Below are positions 24,551 through 38,810 of a DNA stretch of 64,000 nucleotides, piece after piece; the first letter of the stretch is position 1, and each line of letters starts with the position of its first letter. The stretch spans positions 5,216,647 to 5,280,646 of the forward strand of contig NW_026943820.1 of NCBI RefSeq assembly GCF_035594765.1. Direction: 5' to 3'. Below the pieces are notes generated by a model. The model saw nothing but the letters and a program-made list of their open reading frames with translations, was not told the origin of the DNA and searched no databases. Both the position numbers and the translations under genes were made by a program. The stretch is from Anolis carolinensis (Eukaryota).

Positions 24551-24563
24551 CCACTAGATGGCA
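24551..24563 (+). promoter_or_regulatory. CTCF core-like motif
   Basis: CCACTAGATGGCA matches CCASYAGRKGGCR; motif match only. Confidence 0.35.
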
Positions 24564-26357
24564 TTCAACAAGTGTGCTTGGTCTTGAAATAATTTTTAGA
24601 CTATGCGTAGGACATACATACAACATTTTGCAGTTAAACTTTCCCATCTCCAAGATATCCCATAACGTAGATGGGAAATATTCCAAAATCTGAAATCCAA
24701 AACACTTTTGGGGTAAGTTTCAGCATCTTGGGTGACTCTTTTAAAGTTCAGATAAAAACCTGGAGCCAAATCACTGCTCCCTTAAAGTTCAGGCTAAAGA
24801 CCCAGAGCATATTATTATTATTATTTGGACATTGATGATCTGGATTATAGGGTCAGTGTAGACTCTTCGATCTTCATATAATCCATATAATCCAGCTTCT
24901 GAATAATAATAATAATACGCTTGGGAAGTGTTCGACTTGTGATTTTGTGACACGAAATCCAGCATATCTATCTTGTTTGCTGTGTCATACTATGTCGTTG
25001 TGTCAATAATAATAATAATAATAATAATAATAACTTTATTTTTATATCCCGCCTCCATCTCCCTGCAGGGACTTGCGGCAGCTAACATGGGGCGAAGCCC
25101 AAATATCCACAATAAACAAAATAAAGTACATTTACAATAAAACAAACATAATAGACATATAACATTACATAGATTAAACCAGCATTTTAACATCAATATA
25201 ATAATAAGTAAAACCGCCAGATAAGAAAGAATTTGCAGGTTAAAATAGTGAAATACAGGGCAGTGGCGCAAAATACATGGGTTCAAATCTGATATAGTAA
25301 ATAAAGTGCTGTAGTAAAAAGAGGGAAAACTGAGGTAGGATAAACGAGGATGGTAATGAATATGATTTGAACTGGATTATATGAGTCTACACTGCCATAT
25401 AATACTGTTTTAACCTGGATTCAGAAACTGGATTATATGGCAGTGTAGATGAGGCCTGAGTCAATAGACCATATAATACAATTCTGAGTGAAAACTAATG
25501 TCAATTCACTTTAGGTTCAGACTAAAACCCAGAGTGGAAACTTATTATTATTATTTATATTGTACATAACTACGCAGCCCACTTGCACTTAATATGCATG
25601 CCTGGTTTGTTGTTGTTGTTGTTACTGTTGGACAATTAAACTGGAATGGCTCTCTCTATGGGACCAGTATCCCCGTCCCTCCGTTGTGTGGGAGCCATGG
25701 GAAACTCAGCCTCCCTGCTAATGAATTCTCAATTGGGTCGATATAAATCTGTGATGGACTCCCTTCTGTTTCTGTTTGCGAAGAGGAAGGAAATAGGAGT
25801 TCATTCCTGAGATCTCTCTTGGGCCTGAAAGGAAGTGCCCACTCCGCTGGGAGGAAAATCATCATCATCACCCTAATTAAAGCGAGGAAATTACCCTGGT
25901 CACTCAAAATGGAAAATTATGAAACGTAACCAATAAACTCAATTTTAGAATTTAGGGAAAAGGGCATTTTGGAATGAAAGAAGGGAGAAAGCTGCTTCTT
26001 GGACACCCGAGATCTGAGCCATACAGGGCTTTGTAGACCATGGCCAGCAGCCAAGGGATCTCTTACAACCCGGTAGCAATGTGTGCCAACTACCAAGGAA
26101 CAGGCGCAGACACCGCTTGCATTGCAAACAGAAGCGGGAACCAGACTCAATGAAACCCTTCAATGCCCCCAAAAAACATATTTTTATTTTAATTATTTAT
26201 TTACTACATTTATATCCCGCCCTTCTCACCCCGAAGGGGACTCAGAGCGGCTTACAAACTAAATTTACATACAATATATTATATTATTAGCATAGCACAA
26301 TACTGGCATTAAATTACTATATTGCACTATATCAATATAGTGTCATATTATTAGTAA

Positions 26358-26729
26358 CTAGCTGTGCCCGGTCACGCGTTGCAGTGGCGAAGTATGGTGG
26401 TATGGGAAATAAAGTATTGAGGAATTGGTGGTAGTTAAGGTAAAGGGTAAATGTTTTCCCCTGACATTAAGTCCAACTGTGCCTGTCCCCTGGGCTGAGT
26501 AGGTTGCTAGGAGACCAAGTGGGCAGAACTTAGCCTTGTAACTGGCAGCAATTGGATAAAACCTATTATTCCTCTCCCTGTAATTAGGACTTTATTTTTC
26601 TTTTCTTTTTGTTGTATCAACCTAGAGCCGTGGATGATGGGTTGTGTTGTCAAATTTCGAGGTTGGGGGGCCTGTAGTTTTGTTGTTTTGTCCGCTGCCC
26701 TGATGCCATCACTCTTTTATATATAGAGA
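26358..26729 (-). mobile_element. Non-autonomous Helitron
   Basis: On minus: 5' TC(TC)TATATATAAAAGAG and 3' subterminal hairpin followed by CTAG; carries a SINE-tail fragment at ~26435-26480. Confidence 0.75.
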
Positions 26730-27877
26730 CTAGCTGTGCCCGGCCACGCGTTGCTGTGGCTTAGTCTGGTGGTGTTGGTCAGTTTACATTAGGTTGTATT
26801 TATGCTGTGACCTCCACCTTCTTTATACTCACATTAGTAGTAGTATTTGAAGTCTGTTACCTTCTTCAATTTTTGTGTTGATTGATAATTGCTTGAGATC
26901 CCTGTTGTCTTTGGTTTGTTGTTAGTTGTAATGTCTGATTCTGCTGAGTGCGGTTTATATTTTTATTGTGGTACAATAGTCCTTTTTTTTGTTTTGCCTG
27001 TGTAGGTGTTTATTATTGTTGTTGTTGTTGTGGTCATGAAGGTTGGATAAGTTAGATGCGACTGTATTGTTTTTTGGAGGCCCAGTGTAGCACTGACTGG
27101 CCTCTCAGCCTCAGTGCCTGGCTGTTTCTTGCCTGTGATGGTGTTGATTCTTATTGTTGTTGTTGTCATTGTTATTATTGTAATTGTTTTTTTGGAGACC
27201 AAGTGTGAATGTAGGGATTGGGGAGGTGGATGAGTTGTGTTGTCAAATTTTGTATTTGTTATAGTCACAATGCGTTGTTGTGAGTTGTGAGGTTTTGTGG
27301 TGTAGTTGTGTTGTTACAACCGGGAGAAAAGGCTTTTGTGTTGTGTTGTCAAGTTTTGTATTTCTGGGGCGTTTAGTTGTGTGCCAAGTTTTGTATTTCT
27401 GGGGCGTTTAGTTGTGTTGTTATAGTCATGATGCGTTGTTGTGAGTTTTATGGGTCCGGATTGTGGTTTTGTGGTGTGGTTGTGTTGTTACAACCTGGAG
27501 GGAAGGCTTTTGCGTTGTGTTGCCAAGTTTCGTATTTCTGGGGCGTTTAGTTGTGTTGTTATAGTCACAATGCGTTGTTGTGAGTTTTGTGGGTCCTGTG
27601 TGGTTTTGTGGTGTGGTTGTGTTGTTACAACTGGGAGGCAAGGCTTTTGCATTGTGTTGCCAAGTTTTGTATTTCCGGGGCGTTTAGTTGTGTTGTTATC
27701 GCATGATGCGTTGTTGTGAGTTTTGTGGGTCCGGATTGTGGTTTTGTGGTGTGGTTGTGTTGTTGTAACCTGGAGGCAAGCCTTTTGCATTGTGTTGCCA
27801 AATTTCGTATTTCTGGGATGTTTAGTTTTGTTGTTATAGTCACTGCGCAAACAACTTTATCATTTTATATATATAGA
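26730..27877 (-). mobile_element. Non-autonomous Helitron with internal ~130-bp minisatellite
   Basis: 5' TCTATATATATAAAA; 3' GCCACAGCAACGCGTGGC hairpin + CTAG; about 4.5 tandem units at 27235-27845. Confidence 0.8.
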
Positions 27878-28423
27878 TAGGACATGTAATATATAATATA
27901 TAATTAATATATTGTATTATTAGTATTATATCGTATTACAATATAATACAACATACAATTTACTATTTACTAGGGTGCCCATTAGGCTTTTAAGCAGAGG
28001 CTGGATGGCCATCTGTCGAGGGAGCTTTGAATGTGATTTTCTGCTTCTTGGCAGGGGGTTGGACTGGATGGCCCATGAGGTCTCTTCCAACTCTACTATT
28101 CTATGTTTCTATGATTTGTGTAATGTGATCATCATACGTAGTACTGAGCCAAATCCAAAAGTAAAGCTGTTTCAGTAGCTGCTCTTTGAGGGATGACATC
28201 TCTAATTTAATGGCCATGGCGCAATGCTATGCCATCCTGGGATTTGTAGTTTGGCACGACATCAGCATTCTTTGGCAGAGAAAAGGCTCAAGACCTCGTC
28301 AAACTACCTCCCCATGACTCCATAGCACTGAACCAAGGAAATTAAAGTGAATTCATTCTACAGCATAGTGCACCCCAATGTTTATTTTTAAAGAATTTTA
28401 AGCTGGCAGCAACTGCAATGGCC

Positions 28424-28478
<55 letters not shown>

Positions 28479-29392
28479 TCAGTAATAGCAGAACGTTGGA
28501 TAAGTGAATATGTTGGATAATAAGGAGGGATTAAGGAAAAGCCTATTAAACATCAAATTAGGTTACGATTTTACAAATTAAGCACCAAAACATCATGTTA
28601 GACAATAAATTTGAGAGAAAAAGTAGTTCAATACGCAATAATGCTATGTAATAATTACTGTATTTACAAATTTAGCACCAAAATATCACGATGTATTGAA
28701 AACATTGACTACAAAAATGCGTTGGATAATCCAGAATGTTGGATAAGCGAGTGTCGGATAAGTGTAATAACTTTTTTTAATATCCTGCCTCCATCTCCCC
28801 GTAGGGACTCAGGGTGGCTAACATGGGGCCAAGCTCAAATATCCACAATACGCAAAATAACATAAAATACATTTACAATAAAATGAACATAATATAAACA
28901 TGTAACATTACAAAGATCAAACTGGCATTTTTGATAACAATATAATAATGGATAAGACCGTCAAGTAAAAACAATACAATAGGTTAAAATAGTAAAAAGG
29001 CTGGGCAGTGGTGCAAAGAGTGTATCGGTTTAAAATCTAACAATTGATAAAAGGTGCTTTAGCAGAAGGAGAAAATTTGAGGTAGGATAAACGAAGATAG
29101 AATTACCAAATAAGGGTTGTAGAAACATTGAGATTAATTCTTGTGATCAATTGTTGAAAGCACATTGGAAGACAAAAAGTGTCCCCCTTTTTTGTTGCTG
29201 CGCACTATATTTGGCATCAAATACTCTTTTTTGCTTGCTAGATTTTGAAAATTGAGGGGCGCATTAGACTCGGGTAGACTCCGAATCACCTCTTTCCTTG
29301 TAGTTTCAATCCATTGTTTTCTATTCTATCTACTTTCTAGTGTTTCCCCAGAAGTAACATTACTGTGTTAGAATCTATAATCTTTCTTAATA

Positions 29393-29810
29393 CCGTGTTT
29401 CCCCGAAAATAAGACAGTGCCTTATATTAATTTTTGCTCCCAAAGATGCACTAGGTCTTATTTTCAGGGGATGTCTTATTTTTCCATGAAGAAGAATTCA
29501 CATTTATTATTGAACAAAAAATGAACATTTTATATATACTGTACAGTAGTTGTCATCACAAACCAGCATAACCAGACAAACTCTGAATCCTATCAAGAAT
29601 TTCTTGTTACTATCAATATTTCCATGTACAACACTTTATGGTACGTACATTTACCGATCCTACATGCTCTGGTGTTCTCTTCGGCGGGCATGCTTCCAAG
29701 TAAAAACTTTGCTAGGTCTTACTTTCAGGGGAGGCCTTATATTTAGCAATTCAGCAAAACCTCTACTAGGTCTTATTTTCTGGGGATGTCTTATTTTAGG
29801 GGAAACAGGG
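29393..29810. mobile_element. Tc1/mariner MITE (same family as 19314-19731)
   Basis: same TIRs, TA flanks. Confidence 0.8.
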
Positions 29811-30064
29811 TAGGGCATCAGAGCTTGCAAGATCATGCGTTTGGTTTAGGAAGCCATGGAATTTTAAGAAGGAAGCCAGGGTCAGACATGTGATCTAGAG
29901 CAGAATCTATCAACTGACTATGTGTTTTTTAAATGTTGGCATTGTTATTGGTTTAAATAACTTTGGAGGAAGGGAGAAAAAGATGGTCTACATGTCAAAG
30001 CAAGTTTCTTTGTTGCTGTTAATGGGCTCCATCTGCAAACTATATATGTCATCATAATCACAGG

Positions 30065-30295
30065 CTATCACTTATTGCCAAGTATGAATGTAGAGTCTTG
30101 GCAATGGGTCCGTAGGTGACTGTAGAGACCTATTATGAATCCGCATGGTCTTTCTTTGGTAGTGCGGACATCAATTTCCAGATGGAAGGGGGTCCCGACA
30201 AGGGTTTGCTTGAAACACCTTCTTCCTCCTGGCCCATTTCTTTCTTTCGTCCTCAATTTGTGCTTCTTCAAAATCCACGGTTTGTCGTTTGCAAA
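30065..30295 (-). mobile_element. RTE-clade LINE 3' fragment
   Basis: CGFIIGLYSHLRTHC resembles the RTE C-terminal zinc-finger (IGLxSHxRxH). Confidence 0.55.
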
Positions 30296-30502
30296 TCAGA
30301 TGTTTGTAACTCAGTGACTACCTGTATAGGACTCAATCTCCCAAGAGATATACCTCGTATAATAATAATAATAAAAAAAACTTTATTTATACCCCACCAC
30401 CATCTCCCCAATGGGGACTCGGGGCGGCTTACATGGGGCCATGCCCAAAACAATACAATATACAATACGTATGTATATTCCTCTCATATATGTGTGTATA
30501 TA

Positions 30503-31189
30503 CGAGGGTTGAATGAAAAGTAATGCTTCCATCTTCATTACTTGGGTTTGAATGGGAATATTTTATTAATCAAATGCAGAAATCATCCTTAGAATGTGCT
30601 CTTTAACTACCACTATTCACTTTTCCACATCATCACCAGACAATTGGATGCATTTCTGCCAACGATTAACAAGTTTTTTGAAGCCGTCACGGAAGTAGTC
30701 GACACTCTGTTTCCGCAACCAGCGTCTCACTGTTCTCTCAAAGTCTTCATCAGAAGCGTAAAGATGTCCCCGCAGATCTTCTTTTATTATCGGGAACAGA
30801 TGAATCTCTCATGAATCTCCTTTGGGGTGACACCTTCTGTCAAAAATCCAATGACTGCACGTTGCTTAAGTCGCATTGACTGACCTTCTGTACAGGGTTC
30901 CCTACTTCGCACTTTAACAACACAACAGTTCAATGCTAAGGCTTCTCCATCTGCGCAGGGTTCCATACTTTGCACTTTAACAACACAACAGTTCAATGCT
31001 AAGGCTTCCCCATCTGTGCAGGGTTCCATACTTTGCACTTGGACAACACAGCCGTTCAATGCTAAGGCTTCTTGCCAAATGGAACTGTAGAGGAGAGTCT
31101 ACTGAACAAGCCAGTACCTGCCACATACCAGGACTGCCATCTATTGAGGAGTTACGAAGGTGGAGGCATTACTTTTTATTCAACCCTCG
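30503..31189 (-). mobile_element. Internally deleted mariner transposon
   Basis: TA|CGAGGGTTGAATGAAAAGTAATGC TIRs; transposase N-terminus MRLKQRAVIGFLTEGVTPKEIHER and C-terminus DLRGHLYASDEDFERTVRRWLRKQSVDYFRDGFKKLVNRWQKCIQLSGDDVEK; ~60-bp x3 internal repeat. Confidence 0.85.
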
Positions 31190-32034
31190 TATATATTTGA
31201 CTATTGCTAGGATACGTATGTTTACATTCAACTATTCTGGATACAAAACTGTTCTGGTACCAAGCATTTTGGGGAAAGAAAGCTCAACCTGTGTCTGGTG
31301 GCAGGAGAAAGTTCAGTGCCATCCAGTTGCAAAATTACTCTAAAACTTTGGCACAGGCTTTGAGGCGATTCCATGTTTTGGGGACCTGTCCTTTAGTCCA
31401 TTGCAGCATTCCTTTTGGGAAGCAGGAAGCCCCATGTTCAAGGCGCACTCTGGGCATGTTAACAGTGAGGTCATCCTCAGCTTCCTACTGTCTTTTGTCG
31501 CGGAGAAGGCGGGGGAAGCCCCCGGTACTTGTTCACTGCATTCCTCTCTCCTGGTGTCATCAGCATCATCATCACCATTCTCCTTATCCTCCTTCCCAGC
31601 CAGGAAAGCCAGGGTTTCACTGTGCCAAAACCAACAGCGGCCTGGAAGAAAGGCATCGCCGTCTCGCTTGGGCTTTCCGCGGAGACTTGTGTGATTCACG
31701 AGCCCTTAGAGATGAAAGGGAGACATTCCTGGTCTGAGACCTGGGTCTTATCGCCGCGGTCCCATGCGCCTGGCCTCCTGCCTGCCTTACTGCCAGTGGG
31801 GCGGCAAAGGGAAAAGTACAAGGGGCTCCCTTGGGAGCACAAAGCCTGGCTCTTGCCGCAGGAAACGCTAGAAAAGCACCCCCTCCGCCTCTATCTAATC
31901 TTGAACATCTACTAAGCCCTTCTGGGAGCAACCAGCTATGCAATTATATAAATGCGCTTTATAACCTAAGGCTTTAATGTCATTCCGTCCTGCATCTGAA
32001 GAAGCGGGTTTGTATAGCCCAGGATACTCTGGAT

Positions 32035-32733
32035 CAGGGGTCCTCAAACTTTTAAAGCAAAGGGCCGGTCTACAATCCTTCAGACTGTTGAGGGGCCAAA
32101 TTATCATTTGAAAAAAAATACAAACAAATTCCTATGCACACGGCACATGTCTTATTTGTAGTGCAAAACAACAACAACAACAATAAAAGAACAATACAAT
32201 ATTTAAAAATGAAAACAATCTTAACCAACATAAACCTATCAGGATTTCAATGGAAAGTATGGGCCTGCTACTGGCCAATGAGATAGTCAAGTTAATTAGG
32301 ATTGTTGTTTGTTGTTGTTGTGTGCCTTCAAGTCATTTCAGAATTTGGGTGAGCCTAAGTCTAAAATTATTTATTTACTTACTTACTAAATTTATTTACT
32401 ACATTTATATCCCACCCTTCTTACCCCGAAGGGGACTCAGAGCAGCTGTATGTACATACAATGTATATTATTAGCATAGCACAATATTAGCATTAAACAT
32501 TACTATATTGAACTATACCACTATACTGTAATACTATATGTAATATATAACATATAATTAATATTATATGGTATTATTAGTAGTATTATAATGTATAACA
32601 TGATAATAGTTTTATCAATATTATATGTATATACAATATATTATATTATTAAAACTGATATAAAAATATATTATAAAACTGAGGGTGGGGGCCAGGTAAA
32701 TGACCTTGGAGGGCCTTAGTTTGGGGACCCCTG
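32035..32733. mobile_element. hAT (Charlie-like) non-autonomous element
   Basis: TIR CAGGGGTCCTCAAACT / AGTTTGGGGACCCCTG; perfect 8-bp TSD CTCTGGAT. Confidence 0.85.
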
Positions 32734-33554
32734 CTCTGGATCTTTGGGCTGGACTAGGAATGGTATCCCTGCAAAGTTAATAGATTTGGCACTGGGTGAC
32801 TCAGAGCAAGTCACACTCTCTTGGTGCCAGAAAACCTCAGGCTAAGTTTGCTTTTGGGTCTCTGTGAGTAGGAAACTACACGAAGGAACATAACATCAAA
32901 TTACAATACATTTAGGAGGGATCCCAATTTAATCAGGATTTCAATGGAGGAATCTGCACTGAAGATCTCCCTAACAAAAGGTCCTCCAACACATTTTAAA
33001 ACCTCCACCAGAAACTTCTTGCTAATTTTTAGCTGAAAATTTGTTCCTTGTCATTCGGGTTTTACCCACTGGAACATTCGAAAATAAGCTCCCTTCCTCC
33101 TCTTTGGACTTCAGATGGCTATCATATCCTTGACCACCTTTCTCCCCTCCAGGCCAAGCAGATGGACTCAGCTCTTTCAACCACTTTGCAGAGTTTCAAA
33201 ATTCTCTTTGCTCTTTGGAGCACCTTTTCCAGCTGGTCAGGATCCCTTTTAAACTGTGGGGCCTGGAAGAAAGCCTTGCCCAAACACAGCCAGCCCAGGG
33301 GAAAACGGACTCTTAAAACCCATGAGACACAGGGAGAGATGGTAAAGGATTATATTTAAACCATATGGTCTCTTTGTTTTGTTTGCATCAGAAACAACCC
33401 TTGTCCATGGACTGTTATAACATACGTTGTTGTCAACATAAAAAGGTCACTCAAACTTTCTTAAGTTTAACAAGGCAAATTATTATTATTGATTTTTTCA
33501 ATATTTTAATTAATATTTCTGACAATAACATTATTAATATTATTGATGTTCAAT

Positions 33555-34437
33555 GTGTTGTCGAAGGCTTTCATGGCCAGGATCACAAGGTTGTTGTATG
33601 TTTTCCGGGCTGTATGGCCATGTTCCAGAAGTATTCTCTCCTGACGTTTCGCCCACATCTATAGCAGGCATCCTCAGAGGTTGTGAGGTATGGAGAAACT
33701 AAGCAAGGAAGGTTTATACAGTAGAGTCTCACTTATCCAACGTAAACGGGCCGGCATAACGTTGGATAAGCAAATATGTTGGATAATAAGGAGAGATTAA
33801 GGAAAAGCCTATTAAACATCAAATTAAGTTATGATTTTACAAAGGAAGCACCAAAACATCATGTTATACAACAAATTTGACAGAAAAAGTAGTTCAATAC
33901 ACAGTAATGCTATGTAGTAATTACTGTATTTACAAATTTAGCACCAAAATATCACGATGTATTAAAAACATTGACTACAAAAATGTGTTGGATAATCCAG
34001 AACGTTGGATAAACGAGTGTTGGATAAGTGAGACTCTACTGTATATATATCTGTGGAAAGTCCAGGGTGAGAGATGAACTCTTGTTGGAGGCCAGTGTGA
34101 ATGTTGTAATTAATCACCTTGATTAGCATTGAATAGCTTCATCTCCTGGCTTCTTCCTACCAGGGGGCATCCTTTGTTCAGAGTCGTTAGTTGCCCCTGG
34201 TTGATTCATGTCTGGAACTCCTCTGTTTTCAGAGTGTGGGTTCTTATTTACTGTTCTGATTTTTGAGTTTTTTTTAAATACTGGTAGATATATATATATA
34301 TATATATATAAACCTTCCTTGCTTAGTTTCTCCATACCTCATAACCTCTGAGGATGCCTGCCATAGATGTGGGCGAAACGTCAGGAGAGAATACTTCTGG
34401 AACATGGCCATACAGCCCAGAAAACATACAACAACCC
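33555..34437 (-). mobile_element. Penelope-like 3' region with inverted pLTR and nested MITE
   Basis: minus copy 33555-34290, inverted copy 34290-34437; MITE 33719-34041 inserted at TA. Confidence 0.75.
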
Positions 34438-35409
34438 CATTATTGATGTTGTTGAGCATCTTCAAGTCATTCCTGGTTTGTGGCAACTCTAAGCTAAATT
34501 TACCTTGGGTTTTTCTCAGCAAGGAAAGTCTCTTTTAAGAGAGAGAAAACGAGATAAAAATAAATATAATGACACTAAAAAGATTTGTTCAGAGGAGGTT
34601 GCCTTTGCAAAGGCTGAGAGAGTGTGACTTGCCCGGAGTCAACCAATGAGTTTCCATGGCCAAGTGGGAATTCGAACACTAGATTCCAGCATCAATGCAC
34701 AAACCAGTACATCATGATGGCTCTCATTATTCATAATATAAAAGAATGACTTCAAATTTAGTGCCTGATTAATGAATATATTATATTAAATATTTAAAAA
34801 ACACATGATTTTTAAACTTAACTTTTTCATATGGTTGAAAGATGGGGAAGAGAAAAATAAAAGACCTCTGCCACCATTGTGTCCCTGAATCAGAGACATT
34901 CCAGAAGCACCGGCGAACATGACTCATCTTTCAACAAATAACCAAATTGCTGCAATAAAAGAGACAGATCTAACCAATCTGCATTTTTTTGTTCTTTATG
35001 ATGGTAGATAAGCTGGGGCCACTGTGCAAACGGAGCGACCTGGAGATTCTATCCTTATTGCTCCTTTTTTCCAATCTCTGTGTAACTTGATGGTTTAAAA
35101 TATTAACAAAATAGATGAGGCCGTTGGGCCAGATGCCAGCTCATGTGGTCCGACTCGCTTGACGGGAAAATAATATAGAAAAATTAATGTTTCCTGAGAA
35201 AGGTATGTCTTTCCATACAGTTCAGCCACCAGCAACTGAAAGTATTTCCTGAGGCTGAACAAACAGAGATTAGGAAGGCAAGAGCATCATGGGGGAAGAA
35301 ACCGGCAAAAAGACACGTGTGTAAATATGCTCATGTGATGTTCCACATAGGTTTAACATCTGGGTTTAGGAGGCCTCCTTTTCTGACCATTTTCCTGGTC
35401 AAATAATAA

Positions 35410-36155
35410 TGTGTTGTTGAAGATTTCATGGCTGGAATCGCTGGGTTGCTGTGAGTTTTCCAGGCTGTATGGCCATGTTCCAGAAGCATTCTCTCCTGAT
35501 GTTTTGCCCGCATCTATGGCAGGCATCCTCTGAGGTGATTCAATGCTAATCAAGGTGGCAGACTGCTGACTTGAAGGCTGGGTTGCTGACCTGAAGGTTG
35601 CCGGTTTGAATCCAACCTGGAGAGAGTGCTGATGAGCTTGCTGTTAGCTCCAGCTCCATGTGGGGACATGAAAGAAGCCTCCCACAATGATGGTAAAACA
35701 TCAAAACATCTGGGCATCCCCTGGACAACATCCTTGCAATTCTCTTACACCAGAAGCAACTTGCAGTTTCTCTAGTTGCTCCTGAGACGGAAAAAAAAAA
35801 GCGGACCAATTGCAAAATTCACACTTGCCTCAAGTAATAAAAAAAACAACACAGAGAAAACATGGGAATTCCAGACATGAATCAATCAGGGCCAGCTAAC
35901 ACCTCCCAACAAAGGATGCCCCCAGGCAGGAAGCAGCCAAGCTTTGAAGCTGCAAGGCAATTCAATGCCAACCAACAGACAACAGTTCTTTCTCCCACCC
36001 TGGACATTATTCCACAGGGATATATATAAACCCCATGTGCCTAGTTTCCAGCAGACCTCACAACCTCTGAGGATACCTGCCATAGATGTGGGTGAAGTGT
36101 CAGGAGAGAATGCTTCTGGAACATGGCTAGACAGCCCAGAAAACTCACAGCAACC
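35410..36155. mobile_element. Penelope-like fragments (both orientations) with a nested SINE
   Basis: same pLTR sequence, degenerate hammerhead cores. Confidence 0.65.
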
Positions 36156-37252
36156 TAGTGTATATATATATAGTTTGTGTATACATATACATAAAAGAAA
36201 TATGGCTCTATTATATATGTATATCAATAAATATACGTACATATATAATGTAAATAAATGAATGTATAACTGTGTGTGTATAGTTTGTGTATACATAAAC
36301 AAGATATGTATATATAAACACAGATATATGTGTTTATACTATATATATAGTGTGTACATACACTTATAAATATAAAATATGTCTCTATTATATATGTATA
36401 TCAATATTATATTTATATATATATAAATGGACGTATAGGTCATATATGTCAGTAAAAAGGATATGTGTGTATATATACTCACCAGTAGGACCTAAGTTTG
36501 CCCATGCCTGTACTACACACAGTTCAATATTTTATATATATATGCAGGTATGTTATTTATTTATTTATTTATTTTATTACATTTATATCCTGCTCTTCTC
36601 ACCCCAAAGAGGACTCAGAGTGGCTTACAAATCAAATGTACATACAATATATTATTAGCATAGCACAATATAAGCATTAAATTACTATATTGTACTATAT
36701 CATTATATGGTAATATTATTAGTAATATTACATTTAATATATAATTAATATTATTGCATTGTATTATTATTAGTATAATATTGTATTACATTATAATATT
36801 ATCAATATTATATGTATATACATTATATTATTTATTTAGAAATTATTTATTTATTTATTTTATTTGCTACATTTATATGCCGCCCTTCTCACCCCGAATG
36901 GTACTCAGAGCGGTTTACAAATTAAATTTACATACAATATTATATTATTAGGATAGTACAATACTGTTAATAAATTACTATATTTCACTATATCAATATA
37001 TTGTAATATTATTAGTAATATTACATGTAAAATATAATATATAATTAATATTATATATAAAATATATATTGTGTATTATATATATGTGTGTGTGTATTTT
37101 ATTTATTTATTTACTACATTTATATCCCGCTTTTCTCACTCTGAAGGAGACTCAGAGCGGCTTACAAATCAAATGTACATACAATATATTATTAGCATAG
37201 CATAATATAAGCATTAAATTACTATATTGTACTATATCATTATATAGTAATA

Positions 37253-37757
37253 CTAGCTGTGCCCGGCCACGCGTTGCTGTGGCAAAGTGGTGGTGGTATC
37301 GGTTAAAACTTGTTGTGGAATTTTTATTTGACATTATTTGTATTTTTTAAAAATTAATTTTATTGTCACTTATCTTTTTTATTTATTATATTGTATTATT
37401 TTGTTGTATTATTTTTAGTCATTTTTATAGTATTTTATTGTATTAATTATTTTAGTGTTTTTTATAATTTTTTATTGTATTATTTGTATTTATTTTTTTA
37501 TCATTATTTTATTAACACTGGGCTGAGTGGGTTGCTAGGAGACCAAGTGGGCGGAGCTTAGCCTTGTAACTGGCAGCAATTGGATAAAAACAATTATTCC
37601 TCTCCCTCTAATTAGGACTTTATTTTTCTTTTCTTTTTGTTGTATCAACCTAGAGGCATGGATAAGGGGTTGTGATGTCAATTTTCGAGGTTGTGGGGTG
37701 TTTACTTTTGTTGTTTTGTCCGCTGCCGTGATGCCATCACTCTTTTATATATATAGA
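37253..37757 (-). mobile_element. Non-autonomous Helitron
   Basis: TC...hairpin-CTAG termini, inserted at A|T with no TSD. Confidence 0.8.
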
Positions 37758-37873
37758 TTACATTTAATATATAATCATTATTAATTATATTATTATTAGT
37801 ATAATATTGTATTACATTATAATATTATTATCAATATTATACGTTTATAAAATATATATTTATAAATTACTGC

Positions 37874-37917
<44 letters not shown>

Positions 37918-38134
37918 ACATTAGCATAGCATGTTGCTATGGCACAGGAGACAAGATGGAACTATTTTCCTATGTTGTGTATGTCAGTAAATAAGATTAA
38001 GTAAACAAGATAAATATATGTGTAATTATATAAGTAAATGCAGGTATATATACTACACACAGGTAACAATGAAGGCCTACCCTTATTCTGGACCTGGCCC
38101 ACTGATCAGAGGTTGACAGCTGTCAATCAACCAG

Positions 38135-38382
38135 CAAACCCGCCCACCACTACCACTAAGAAAAAGAGTGGGGCTGGCAGGCGAGGAGACCTCGGCGTTT
38201 CATTGGTTGTGAGAGAAAACGCGCACTCCCGATTGGCCCCTGAGAACCACGGCCTCCCGCCTTCTTCCCATATAGCCAATAGGACAAATGCCCCTGTCTT
38301 CTGCCGGCGAGTGGGCGTGTCTTCGGTTACGGCGGCCTTGCGAGTCCAAGCGTCCACTGTTGGCGAGGCAAGCGAGGGCCGA
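38135..38382 (+). promoter_or_regulatory. CYB5B CpG-island promoter with CCAAT and GC boxes
   Basis: ATTGG at ~38202 and ~38232, GCCAAT at ~38275, CCCGCCC at ~38139; CpG-rich. Confidence 0.65.
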
Positions 38383-38529
38383 ATGGGGACGCAGGAGGCG
38401 GGCGGCGCGGAGCCCCCTCAGGGCGGCCCGTTCTTCACCATGGACGAGGTGGCGAAGCGGAGCACCGGGAAAGAGACCTGGCTGGTCATCCACGGCCGCG
38501 TCTACGACGTGACCCGCTTCCTGGACGAG
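38383..38529 (+). CDS. CYB5B: Cytochrome b5 type B (outer mitochondrial membrane), exon 1
   Basis: MGTQEAGG...FFTMDEVAKRSTGKETWLVIHGRVYDVTRFLDE; synteny with TERF2; model 426 nt, 141 aa. Confidence 0.95.
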
Positions 38530-38810
38530 GTGGGTCGGCTGCCTTATGCAAATGAGGCCCTTGCTCCCCTCAGGATGGGGGAAAGTCAGATCGAGGAGAC
38601 CCGGATGTGGGCGGGGCTTGAGCTAATACATGCAGATGGCGGAACCAGCGTGGAGCAGAGGCCACGCCCCCTAGGAACCTGGAACTCCGCCTCTCACTTC
38701 TTTCAGGATTAGAAGTCTCATGCTCTTGGCAGTAAGTGGTGTCAAAGTGCGTTCATTCTACAATGTAGATGCAGCCCTAGATTGCTACTGGTATCTGAAT
38801 TATTATCATT

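Noticed and set aside
26963-27850. Repetitive Thr/His/Cys/Val-rich ORFs
   Set aside because: Translations of the Helitron-internal minisatellite
31529-31915. ORF with a signal-peptide-like hydrophobic start
   Set aside because: TTG start, hydrophobicity comes from (ATC)n low complexity, no recognisable homology or splice support
38038-38712. 224-aa ORF read as an extended CYB5B
   Set aside because: Only 38383-38529 resembles cytochrome b5; the rest is promoter and intron read-through
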